DNA of 64,000 bases, taken from the NCBI RefSeq assembly GCF_988243305.1, contig NZ_OZ547136.1. One strand, written 5' to 3'. The first letter of the stretch is position 1; every line of letters begins with the position of its first letter. A program made the position numbers and the translations under genes. A model generated the notes under the pieces. The model saw only the letters and a program-made list of their open reading frames with translations, ran no database searches and was not told the DNA's origin. Shown piece by piece: positions 20,890 through 29,057 of the stretch.

Positions 20890-22097
20890 TCCGGTTTTTC
20901 TCCCTCGCTGATTTTTACTTCCTGTTTCCATGCCTGGCTGAACTCATCACCACCATCACGCGGGGACAGCCCTTCACGTTCGCGGGCTTCGTTCGGGCAC
21001 ATAACGCCGGATTTGATGCCGCGTTCATAGGTGGCAAAGCGTTCGCCAGGTGTGGCCCGTAACAGGTCCGCGCTGTCAAACTCCACCTGATACCGGATAC
21101 CAGGTACAGGCGAGGCCACCAGCAGGGCGTTTTTTATCTGCTGCTCAAAGTTCGCCAGCCACGGGCGCATCGTCATGGTGAGAAATGCGCGGCTTGCCTC
21201 GCTGAAGTTGCTGTAGGTGCTGTTGCTGTATTCCTGCAAAAAAATCGGCGAGACGTTGAACATTCGGGCGATGTCTTCAATGGTGAAGCGACGGGAGGCC
21301 AGCCATTCGGCATCCTGATTACTCATGCCCAGCTGCTGATAGCTCATCCCCCCTTCAAGGATGGGCGTTTTTCCGGCGTTTCTGGCCCCTTTGTAGCGTT
21401 CCAGTGCGGCTAATGCCTGTTTGCCCTTCACGCCGTCCAGCCATTCGCCTGACGTGATAACCCCTGCCGCCATCATGCCATCACGCATCACGCTCGCGCC
21501 GTGGCGTTGTTGGGCCAGCCCAAGCCCCAGCGATTCGCGGCAGATGGTTACAGGTGAGCGCCCCATAAAACCGTCATCCGTGGAGTAACGAAGGTGGAGA
21601 ACCTCCCACGGTAAATAGTTGCGGGTGTTTCCGGTGTAGGCGTCAGTGATGCAGTAGCGCCAGTTATGATCACCTGTCTGCTCCACGTTCACCGACTGCG
21701 GCGGGTAAGGATGTAAAGCCACCGGAAAACCATCACGCCCCCACTGAATCACCGCATAAGCATTACCGTTTAACAGGCAGTGGCGGATCATCATTCGCTT
21801 AAACTGGTAGGGAGTCTGCCACGCGTTCGGGCGCTCGTTGAGGATGTGATCGACCGGATGAGAATCAAGCCACTCGCGGGCCTCCTTCCCCTTCTCATTG
21901 CGTACCAGGTACAGGTAACACGGCATGGTAGCCACCGCCTCAGAGATGACCGTCACGGCGTTCATGACGGCGGGCAGTGATTCCGCTGTCCCCGATGATA
22001 CGTACTCACCCGCCCCCGTGTTCGATGTGCCAGCCAGCGCCATAAACTCATCAAGCGTCATGCTGCGCTGCTCTTTTTTTCTTCTGAAAGGCCACAT
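20886..22097 (-). CDS. Phage portal protein (HK97 family)
   Basis: 403-aa ORF immediately downstream of the prohead protease; composition and size typical of HK97-type portals. Confidence 0.8.
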   Translation of the reverse strand: MWPFRRKKEQRSMTLDEFMALAGTSNTGAGEYVSSGTAESLPAVMNAVTVISEAVATMPCYLYLVRNEKGKEAREWLDSHPVDHILNERPNAWQTPYQFKRMMIRHCLLNGNAYAVIQWGRDGFPVALHPYPPQSVNVEQTGDHNWRYCITDAYTGNTRNYLPWEVLHLRYSTDDGFMGRSPVTICRESLGLGLAQQRHGASVMRDGMMAAGVITSGEWLDGVKGKQALAALERYKGARNAGKTPILEGGMSYQQLGMSNQDAEWLASRRFTIEDIARMFNVSPIFLQEYSNSTYSNFSEASRAFLTMTMRPWLANFEQQIKNALLVASPVPGIRYQVEFDSADLLRATPGERFATYERGIKSGVMCPNEAREREGLSPRDGGDEFSQAWKQEVKISEGEKPE

Positions 22098-22098
22098 A

Positions 22099-22671
22099 TC
22101 ACACCCCCGCTAAATCCACCCACCAGCGGCGATTATCCGCACGCGGCATTTTTTCGGGGTGCTGCTCATACAGGGAACGGCGGGCCAGCTCCACGCCGGA
22201 ATCGGGGTAAGCCGGTACCGATGTAACGGTAATTTCGTACAGTTCCGCCACCAGCACGGTGCGCACGCATGGATCTGTTGTGGTATCCCATACATCCTTA
22301 CGGGAGCGAAAGCCAAAGCTCATCCCCGAGATGTCCCCACGCTTAACCAGTTCGATAACGTCGCGCCCTGTACTGGTATCCGGTGGGGTCAGTTCAAAGC
22401 GTAACCCTGTTTCGTCCTCTTCCAGTTTCAGCGTGCCGGAACGGGTGCGCCCCAGTAACATGCTGTGGTCATGCTCATACAGGCCGCGAACGTCATTACC
22501 CGCCGCAAGCCACTCAGTAAACGCCCCCCGCTGGAATTTTTCGTAAAACTCCCCCCATAGCAGTTCTGAAAGCTTATCCCAGCGAACAACGTAGCCCGTC
22601 AGCGTACCGGCTCCGCTGGTAGTGATTTCCGATGACCGGATTTCCATACTCTTCATAATTTTTTCACCCAT
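22099..22671 (-). CDS. HK97-family prohead maturation protease
   Basis: 190-aa ORF between major capsid and portal genes; sequence resembles the S78-type prohead protease family. Confidence 0.75.
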   Translation of the reverse strand: MGEKIMKSMEIRSSEITTSGAGTLTGYVVRWDKLSELLWGEFYEKFQRGAFTEWLAAGNDVRGLYEHDHSMLLGRTRSGTLKLEEDETGLRFELTPPDTSTGRDVIELVKRGDISGMSFGFRSRKDVWDTTTDPCVRTVLVAELYEITVTSVPAYPDSGVELARRSLYEQHPEKMPRADNRRWWVDLAGV

Positions 22672-22710
22672 AAAACACTAAAGGGGCTTTTAAGCCCCTT
22701 CTGTATGCTG

Positions 22711-23868
22711 TTAATCGTCGTCCTGTGGCAGTTCCAGAATCTTGATCGCGTTCGAATCCACCACGCCACCGCCTAAATATTTCTGCGTGAAAATTTTGAT
22801 GAAGCCCGGCTCTGTGAGGTTGTCCGGTCTGGTGCGAACACCTGTTTCGTGATCAACAATGTAGTAACCGCGTTTGAAGTCACCCAGGGCAATAACGTTA
22901 TCCGGCATAAACTCCAGATATTCGACCGGAAGGCCCAGTAACGTATCAGGATCACCCGCCTGTAAACGGTCGCGCCAGATGTAATCACCGTTCGCGTTCT
23001 TCACCTTCTGAAGTTTTGCCGCCGTCGTGGAGTTAACCACCCAGACCGCGTTTTTGCGGTATTTTTTACGTAATGCAAATTTCAGGTCGATCAGCGGGTC
23101 CGCAGATGTCCACGCCAGAGATTCGGAAGGTTTAATTACCTGCAACGTACCAAAATCACGCTCTTTGTCGTTCTTCTCTGCACGGGGTACGGATAAAAAA
23201 CCTTTTGCTTTTTTGTCACCGTCGCCCACAACCAGATCGCTTTCTTCGGTTTCCGTGAAGGTGTCGCCAATCTCGCCCGTCAGCCATGAAAGGATGTCCA
23301 CATCGGAAAAATCCACGATTTCCTGTGTGGTGCGCGGGTACGCATAGACCGGATACAGCTTAATGCTCACCTCGTTAATCTGCGGGGTGCTGGTCTGTTC
23401 GCGTGTCTTACCCTCTTCACCGTGGTTAACGGTCGCACCGCCAGCGGAAACAAGCTGCTTAAACTCGTTGCTGCTGATTTTCTTCACGGTACAGATGCGG
23501 CGCATGGTGGACTCATCCGCCAGCATTCGCATGATTTCGGTGTTCAGTTCGGGGATAACGGTATAACCACCATCAGCGGGAACGCCTGTACTTAATGCGC
23601 GGGTTTCACCTGTCAGAATGTAGTTGCGTAGTTCTGCGGGGTCAGTGGTCTGGCTGCTTTTACCTGGCTTGCTGCGCTCTTCGTCTGCAATGGCTTCAAG
23701 GCGGGAAATGTCTTTATCGAGGGATTCAGCTTTAGCGCGTAATTCGTCAAATTTTGCGCCCTCAGCATCGTTAAGACTGCGGTTTTCTTTTTCCGCGTTC
23801 TCCAGCATGTCGCGCATCTGATTTTTAATGGCGGTTTTCTGCTGGCGTAATTCGATTATTCTCGGCAT
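22711..23868 (-). CDS. HK97-fold major capsid protein with N-terminal coiled-coil (scaffold-like delta) domain
   Basis: Start taken at the ATG for MPRIIELRQQKT; the track ORF extends to a TTG at 23913; N-terminal charged coiled-coil followed by a capsid-like body. Confidence 0.8.
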   Translation of the reverse strand: MPRIIELRQQKTAIKNQMRDMLENAEKENRSLNDAEGAKFDELRAKAESLDKDISRLEAIADEERSKPGKSSQTTDPAELRNYILTGETRALSTGVPADGGYTVIPELNTEIMRMLADESTMRRICTVKKISSNEFKQLVSAGGATVNHGEEGKTREQTSTPQINEVSIKLYPVYAYPRTTQEIVDFSDVDILSWLTGEIGDTFTETEESDLVVGDGDKKAKGFLSVPRAEKNDKERDFGTLQVIKPSESLAWTSADPLIDLKFALRKKYRKNAVWVVNSTTAAKLQKVKNANGDYIWRDRLQAGDPDTLLGLPVEYLEFMPDNVIALGDFKRGYYIVDHETGVRTRPDNLTEPGFIKIFTQKYLGGGVVDSNAIKILELPQDDD

Positions 23869-23906
23869 AAAAAAAAGTCCTGGGGTTAAGTAAGGAACTC
23901 CAGGAC
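23869..23906 (-). terminator. Stem-loop plus U8 run immediately abutting the capsid gene start codon
   Basis: Minus strand reads GTCCTGGAGTTCCTTACTTAACCCCAGGAC followed by TTTTTTTT then ATG. Confidence 0.5.
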
Positions 23907-24111
23907 GCGGCAAACACTCAACCGTTTTTCATAAGGAAATCAGCAATCGCACCGATCGTTTTCCCGCCTGGTAATGAATATTGGCGAGCACATTAACAGG
24001 CGGGAAAGTGGCCCCAGCGTCCTGGCACCACGGGCGAGAATAATCATGATTCAGTTCGGGTAAAATATGCCGATCCGCTCAGTGAACAACGTGGAACAAC
24101 CACGAACAAAT

Positions 24112-24149
24112 AATTTACAAAAAATAACAAAAAGCCGGATTGCTCCGGC
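24112..24149 (-). terminator. Rho-independent terminator downstream of the small gene 24170..24394
   Basis: Minus strand GCCGGAGCAATCCGGC hairpin followed by TTTTTGTTATTTTTT. Confidence 0.6.
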
Positions 24150-24169
24150 TGTATGTGCTGTATGGGTGC

Positions 24170-24394
24170 TCAGTCTCTGATCCCTTTCAGAAATTCTATC
24201 AATGCATCTGTCTGTTCAGGATTTACTGCCAGCATTTCACCGGATAGCGCGCAACGAACAAAACCATGATGATCCTTTTCAATCAGTGCGCCCGTCTCCA
24301 GGAATGCGCGGTAATCATTGATGCTCATCGTCTCCATGTTGTCAGCATGGTATTTATCACGCTGTTTTAATATCTCATCAAATTTCATCGGCAT
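24170..24394 (-). CDS. Small hypothetical protein (74 aa) in a terminator-bounded cassette
   Basis: ATG at 24394 preceded by AGAGGAAAAAACA RBS; terminators on both sides. Confidence 0.55.
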   Translation of the reverse strand: MPMKFDEILKQRDKYHADNMETMSINDYRAFLETGALIEKDHHGFVRCALSGEMLAVNPEQTDALIEFLKGIRD

Positions 24395-24488
24395 TGTTTT
24401 TTCCTCTGTTGTGTCTGTTTGTTTCAGATAGTAACTATGCCTGACCGTGACGAAAACCCGGTAATGCGCCATACCGTTTCAACTGGTG

Positions 24489-24512
24489 CAAAAAAAGCCG
24501 GATTTCTCCGGC
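24489..24512 (-). terminator. Rho-independent terminator ending the replication-region operon
   Basis: Minus strand GCCGGAGAAATCCGGC hairpin followed by TTTTTTT. Confidence 0.6.
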
Positions 24513-24563
24513 TGTGTGATTAGCTGTCCTGGTAATTGCGCCATATTTCATCACCAGCACCAT

Positions 24564-24833
24564 CTATCCCCATTTCGGCATAAGTGCGATCGACTGCCTT
24601 TTCAGGTCTCCGTAATTATCCGGTGGCTCCGGTGGCCTCTGTGCCTTCCTGGAACATTCCAGCCGTCGCATCGTGATGTGATGCCGTTCCTTGTCTGTCT
24701 CCACCAGCAGCATGACTTCACCCCATCGCGCCGACGCCCTCCGGTAAAATCCTTTAGCCTCGAGTTCCTCCGCTATGCGGTCATGTACCATCCTCACCCC
24801 CTCAGAACGGAATACCGTCACCGTAAGGGTCAT
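24564..24833 (-). CDS. Hypothetical protein downstream of ssb; start uncertain (24833 or 24791)
   Basis: ORF in track 24564..24911; candidate ATG starts at 24833 (GGGAGG upstream) and 24791 (GTGAGG upstream). Confidence 0.4.
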   Translation of the reverse strand: MTLTVTVFRSEGVRMVHDRIAEELEAKGFYRRASARWGEVMLLVETDKERHHITMRRLECSRKAQRPPEPPDNYGDLKRQSIALMPKWG

Positions 24834-25212
24834 CGCCTCCCGCTGGTGGCTGATTACCCTGTGTGCCTGTGGTTTTGCGTCTGTTCCCGCCAGGACGTGC
24901 CGCACGGGCACTGATTACGCTGTCTGCAATAACCTGCCAGCCCTGCCGCGTTTCTCCGTTCTGTCCGGTCCACTGGCTTACCTGCATCGTGCCGGATACG
25001 CTGGCAACATCGCCTTTTTGATGTTTAGCCAGGAAGTCGGCCTGTTTGCCAAATGCGATGACCGATAACCATAACGTCGCCTGTCCGTCCTGTGCCTGGC
25101 TGCATGGCAAAGATACCGCCATACGCGCCAGCGTCATCGGTGTGCCCTTGCTGGTCTGTTTTACCTGCGGGTCGTCCACCAGCCGCCCGTAAGCGGCTAT
25201 CTGTGCCGTCAT
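24802..25212 (-). CDS. ssb: Single-stranded DNA-binding protein
   Basis: 136-aa ORF with Gly/Gln-rich linker and C-terminal acidic tail ending DDPYGDGIPF, the hallmark SSB C-terminus. Confidence 0.8.
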   Translation of the reverse strand: MTAQIAAYGRLVDDPQVKQTSKGTPMTLARMAVSLPCSQAQDGQATLWLSVIAFGKQADFLAKHQKGDVASVSGTMQVSQWTGQNGETRQGWQVIADSVISARAARPGGNRRKTTGTQGNQPPAGGDDPYGDGIPF

Positions 25213-25490
25213 AATTCCACCTCTCCGGTTTTAACGTTGATGGTTGTTACCTGTTCCGCTTCGGCAATCTCCCGTTCTGTCAGCGTGGCAAAGTTTGCCG
25301 CCGCCGTGGTCATGAATGCGCTTATCAGGTCGGGATGTTCCTTCGCGTATCCTTCCCGCGTGTGGCGGTCTATCGTTCTGATTGCCACCTTTAAAGCGTG
25401 CTCAGTCATGTCTAACGCTTTATATTTTGGCTCTGTTCTGTCTCTGCGTTTTTGGGTCATTTCTCGCAACCTCTCACTTTTTCGCCTCAC
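25209..25490 (-). CDS. Hypothetical basic protein upstream of ssb
   Basis: 93-aa ORF overlapping ssb start by 4 nt; 5' end overlaps the iteron array so true start may be internal. Confidence 0.4.
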   Translation of the reverse strand: MRRKSERLREMTQKRRDRTEPKYKALDMTEHALKVAIRTIDRHTREGYAKEHPDLISAFMTTAAANFATLTEREIAEAEQVTTINVKTGEVEL

Positions 25491-25662
25491 TTTTTCAAGC
25501 GTCTCACTTCGTCGCAGTTGGGATTTTCGGTTTTTCTATGTGTGTGTTTCATAAGTATTTTTTTACCCCTCACTTTTGAGGATGTATACAGGTCGAAAAG
25601 TGAGGGAGAGCGGGCTAATTTTGGCCCTCTTTCTATCCCCCTCGCTTTTGCTCCTCACTTTT
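25470..25662. repeat. Iteron array (CTCACTTTT, about 7 copies including one inverted); putative replication origin
   Basis: Copies at 25473, 25486, 25502 (imperfect), 25569, 25596 (inverted), 25640 (imperfect), 25654; immediately 3' of the replication ATPase gene. Confidence 0.6.
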
Positions 25663-27061
25663 ATAGCGGCGCTACATCATCCCCATCGATACGAATAACC
25701 CCATCTTTTTCCAGCTTGTACAGCCAGCGCCGGAAGTTTTTCATTTCATACCCCAGTTTTTTCATGTCATCACGTAACAGCGGGATCGTGCACTTGTCGC
25801 CGTTCTGTGTGCGTGAACGGATGCACCCCCATAGCGCGGTATGGTTTTCCGTCTTGTTCCCTGCCTCCTCGATGCGCTCCAGTTCAACAGGAGGGCGCGG
25901 ATCATCCACCACTACCAGCGACGTGATTAATTCACCGTCAGCGTCGGTAAAAAGCTCCACCACGCGTAAGTCATATGCGGCTTCTTTGAGTTCCTCCGCG
26001 TCCTTCATTTTGGTGCATGAGATAACCAGCGCTTCGCTTCCTGCGTCCTCCCTGCGTATCCGGTATTCAGCATCCAGCGAAGCACGAAATGCACTGGAAC
26101 CGCGCGCGCCTTTCGTCTCATCCTTGCCGGAATGGTGAACCACCAGCACCGTGGCCCCTGTGCGTCGTTTCAGTTCGTCACAACCACGGATAAACGCCCC
26201 CATATCACGGGAATCATTTTCATCATTCCCACCAAAGCAACGCGCCAGCGTATCCAGAATAATCATGCGTACAGGTTTACCCGTTTCCCGCTCCACCTGA
26301 CGGGCAGCGATAACCATTTCATCAACATCAAGCGGGGCAGCCGGAAAGATGGGGCGGTTTACCAGATACAGATTTTTCACCTGCTCATCGTGCACAACCT
26401 CCCAGGCTTTTACACGACGCGGAACACCTATACCGCCTTCACCAACCACATAGAGAACCGCACCATGTGCAACCCTGCGGCCTCCCCACTGGCGACCAGT
26501 GGCAACATGGCACGCCCACGATCCGGCAAGGAATGATTTATAGGACCCGCTAGCCCCGTATATGCTGCATAGCGATACCGCCGGAATAATCCCCTTAACC
26601 ACGTAATCCAGTTGCGTGTCGTATCCGGTAGATCCAACGCTCATCGGTAGCGTGGTTTTTCGCTGGTGGTTTTTTTCTTCCACCGGCTCTTTCCCGCGCA
26701 CCCGTTCCAGGTATTCGCGCCAGTTCTCCCGCATATGGCTGTGCATCCCTTCGGGGTAATAATTCGCATCAGTTACACCCGCCGCCGCCAGCTTGTGCGC
26801 AATGGCATTAATATTTGATGGCCTGATGTGGCCTGCCTTGTACAGCCGGACACAATAGCGCCCCTCGTCGATGATTCTCAGGTCTGCCAGTTCATCCAGT
26901 TGATCATCAGCCAGCACAACGGGAGGCACATTATCGCCAGCCAGTCGCCCGTCCTGTTCCTGCCACTGTTTCGCATGTGCCCAGGCATCACTACCCGCAA
27001 AAATAATGACTTCGGTCATCTTGTCGTAAGGCTGTTTTTTTAAGTTCGGTGCGCTTTTCAT
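25661..27061 (-). CDS. Replication initiator with RecA-fold ATPase domain (satellite Pri-Rep-like)
   Basis: 466-aa ORF with Walker A-like YGASGSYKS and downstream ILDTL Walker B-like segment. Confidence 0.65.
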   Translation of the reverse strand: MKSAPNLKKQPYDKMTEVIIFAGSDAWAHAKQWQEQDGRLAGDNVPPVVLADDQLDELADLRIIDEGRYCVRLYKAGHIRPSNINAIAHKLAAAGVTDANYYPEGMHSHMRENWREYLERVRGKEPVEEKNHQRKTTLPMSVGSTGYDTQLDYVVKGIIPAVSLCSIYGASGSYKSFLAGSWACHVATGRQWGGRRVAHGAVLYVVGEGGIGVPRRVKAWEVVHDEQVKNLYLVNRPIFPAAPLDVDEMVIAARQVERETGKPVRMIILDTLARCFGGNDENDSRDMGAFIRGCDELKRRTGATVLVVHHSGKDETKGARGSSAFRASLDAEYRIRREDAGSEALVISCTKMKDAEELKEAAYDLRVVELFTDADGELITSLVVVDDPRPPVELERIEEAGNKTENHTALWGCIRSRTQNGDKCTIPLLRDDMKKLGYEMKNFRRWLYKLEKDGVIRIDGDDVAPL

Positions 27062-27357
27062 TTCTTGCCCCTGAATCCGTTAATCATGGTTTTCAGCTTC
27101 TGGATGTTTGCCCGTGCCCTGGCGTTGCTGGTGGGCACGTTATGCGGCGCGGTCTGTACCAGAGAAAAATCACGCCGGAACTGATAAACAGGCATCACGC
27201 AATCATATTCGTAACCTTCACGGCGGTAGGTTACGCGCCGTTCTTCCACGCCCTTAATCATTACCGTGCCGCCGTACTGGTCGCGGTAAATATCACCGCG
27301 CGTAAATTTAGGGTGAGTGTTGCCACTGGCAGTTAAGCCAGAATATTTAAGTTTCAT
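27058..27357 (-). CDS. Hypothetical protein, translationally coupled to the replication gene
   Basis: 99-aa ORF whose stop overlaps the replication ATPase start by 4 nt. Confidence 0.45.
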   Translation of the reverse strand: MKLKYSGLTASGNTHPKFTRGDIYRDQYGGTVMIKGVEERRVTYRREGYEYDCVMPVYQFRRDFSLVQTAPHNVPTSNARARANIQKLKTMINGFRGKK

Positions 27358-27362
27358 TATTT

Positions 27363-27596
27363 TTATTCTCCGGTGTGCTGTTCTTTATATCTGTCGTGCA
27401 ATAGATCTATTTCTTGCAGTTCCATTATTACAGGCTCAAGAAGCGTTATTAATGCCGTGGCAATTCTTGATTTTTGTTTGTCGCGTTCATTGTCGCCAAG
27501 TGTTTCAAGCCATATGCGCAATATTTCCAGCATGTTTTCACTGTGAGAAAGTGCAAGAAATACGCGGTCTATTGTTTCGTGGTAAATATCACGCAT
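27363..27596 (-). CDS. Hypothetical small protein
   Basis: 77-aa ORF tightly packed between neighbouring ORFs on the same strand. Confidence 0.4.
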   Translation of the reverse strand: MRDIYHETIDRVFLALSHSENMLEILRIWLETLGDNERDKQKSRIATALITLLEPVIMELQEIDLLHDRYKEQHTGE

Positions 27597-27597
27597 A

Positions 27598-28034
27598 TTA
27601 ATCCCCGTCCGTCGTTTTTCTTAAAATAACCTCTGTCACGAAATCAGCATAATCGGCGGCGATATTCAGTACATCAAGCCCCGTTGATTTATATTCTCTC
27701 GTGGAAAGTAAGAAAAAAGCCGCTCTAATAAGTTCTGGCATTGACGAAAGCGCATCAGCCGCATCATCAGGAACGCCGGAAAATTCCTGTTTCAGGGAAT
27801 TAAAACGATCATCACGCATAACCCCCCCCCATTTTCACAATCAGCAACAAGAATATTTTTAGCGTCATTCAGCGACCGCGTTGCGATGTATCGGATACAT
27901 TCCAGGGCGAACTGTGTCCGGTCTTTCTGTTCTTCTCCCTGCGCAAGCTCTGCAGTGCATTCAATATCGATAAGCGCGTGCATCAGCGTAGTGAGCGCGG
28001 CGGCTGCTGCGTCCGGTGTGGTTTTATTGCACAT
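27598..28034 (-). pseudogene. Gene split into two frames by a G9 homopolymer tract (27822-27830); frameshifted or phase-variable
   Basis: Upstream part starts at ATG 28034 with AGGAGG RBS and ends 27792; downstream part 27598..27819 begins 3 nt after the tract in the +1 frame. Confidence 0.55.
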
Positions 28035-28314
28035 GGCACACCTCCTGACGAATACGGGCGGCGAATACAGCAACACAACCGGACGGGCAACGGCTACGCG
28101 CTTCGCGTTCCGTCCAGGCGGTTACGTGGATGATTTGAGATTCTCCGGCACTTAGTGCCAGAAAACGCCACACAAAGGCCGTTTGTGTGTGTATAAGGCG
28201 TGGTATATGATTTACGGCAACCATAACGGCTCCTAGTTTACGTTGTTGGTTAGACGCCCCGTATGTGTTCCCAGCACTGCGGGGCGTTGATTTTTGTGTA
28301 ATGGCAAGTACAAT

Positions 28315-28358
28315 GGTAATTACCATGTAGGTATAGTAATGAAGGGTAATTACCATGT
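28315..28358. promoter_or_regulatory. Two copies of 14-bp repeat GGTAATTACCATGT, each containing the perfect palindrome GGTAATTACC; putative operator
   Basis: Copies at 28315-28328 and 28345-28358, 30 bp apart; second copy overlaps the ATG of the small plus-strand gene; region lies between divergent gene sets. Confidence 0.55.
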
Positions 28359-28528
28359 CAACACCATTAGAAAAACGTTCGCCTCCATACCAAATGCGAT
28401 TACCGGAAGACTTCAGAGCGCAGCTAGAAGAAGCAGCTAAGGCCGATGGCGACACATCTTTAGCCACTTGGATTAAACGCGTTCTCCGCAAAGAATTACA
28501 GCAACGCGGCATAGAGCCAAAAGGTTGA
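28355..28528 (+). CDS. Small putative DNA-binding protein (Arc/MetJ-type ribbon-helix-helix-like), 57 aa
   Basis: ATG 28355 to TGA 28526-28528: MSTPLEKRSPPYQMRLPEDFRAQLEEAAKADGDTSLATWIKRVLRKELQQRGIEPKG; one of only two plus-strand genes in the island. Confidence 0.5.
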   Translation: MSTPLEKRSPPYQMRLPEDFRAQLEEAAKADGDTSLATWIKRVLRKELQQRGIEPKG

Positions 28529-28549
28529 ATTTCAGAAGGAGATAAAATA

Positions 28550-28702
28550 ATGAACTGGCTGTTACATACCCTCCCAGGTCGCATTCTCATTGCACTAATT
28601 ATTTTATGGATTTTGTACCAATTCGGTTTTTTCGATTCGCTTTGGAAGCCTGACTGTTCCGTTAACCCTGGCGATGTACTGAAAGGCTGTAAAAATGGCT
28701 GA
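28550..28702 (+). CDS. Small hydrophobic peptide (50 aa), predicted membrane-associated
   Basis: AGGAG RBS 8 nt upstream of ATG 28550; MNWLLHTLPGRILIALIILWILYQFGFF... single hydrophobic segment. Confidence 0.45.
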   Translation: MNWLLHTLPGRILIALIILWILYQFGFFDSLWKPDCSVNPGDVLKGCKNG

Positions 28703-29057
28703 TCAGGGTTACTCCCTGTAATGCCTTTAACTGGCCCTCTTAAAGAGGGTTGGTTATCTTCGCAGCTCTCTACGTTTTTCGTCGGAACCTCTGAACCTAA
28801 GCAGTGTTGATGTTCAGGAGAACCCGAATACTGTTCGTGTTCGTTGCTCGCCAATTCTCGCGTTTCGCGATAATCAAAATGATTCAATGGGTTGAGATGT
28901 CCGTACGTTAAACGTACGCGGTTAATTTGTACATGCGAATTTCGTCGGCTCAAATTCTGCGCAACCCTGCTTGAGTTATGCAAATAGCACGCGGCTAACT
29001 CACAAGGATTTGAGCGCCCCCAAACGGGGGAGCGCAAAATTTTAGGCATAAGACGCA

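Noticed and set aside
25452-26138. 228-aa plus-strand ORF
   Set aside because: It lies antisense to the replication ATPase gene and across the iteron array; Ser-rich low-complexity translation typical of an antisense frame.
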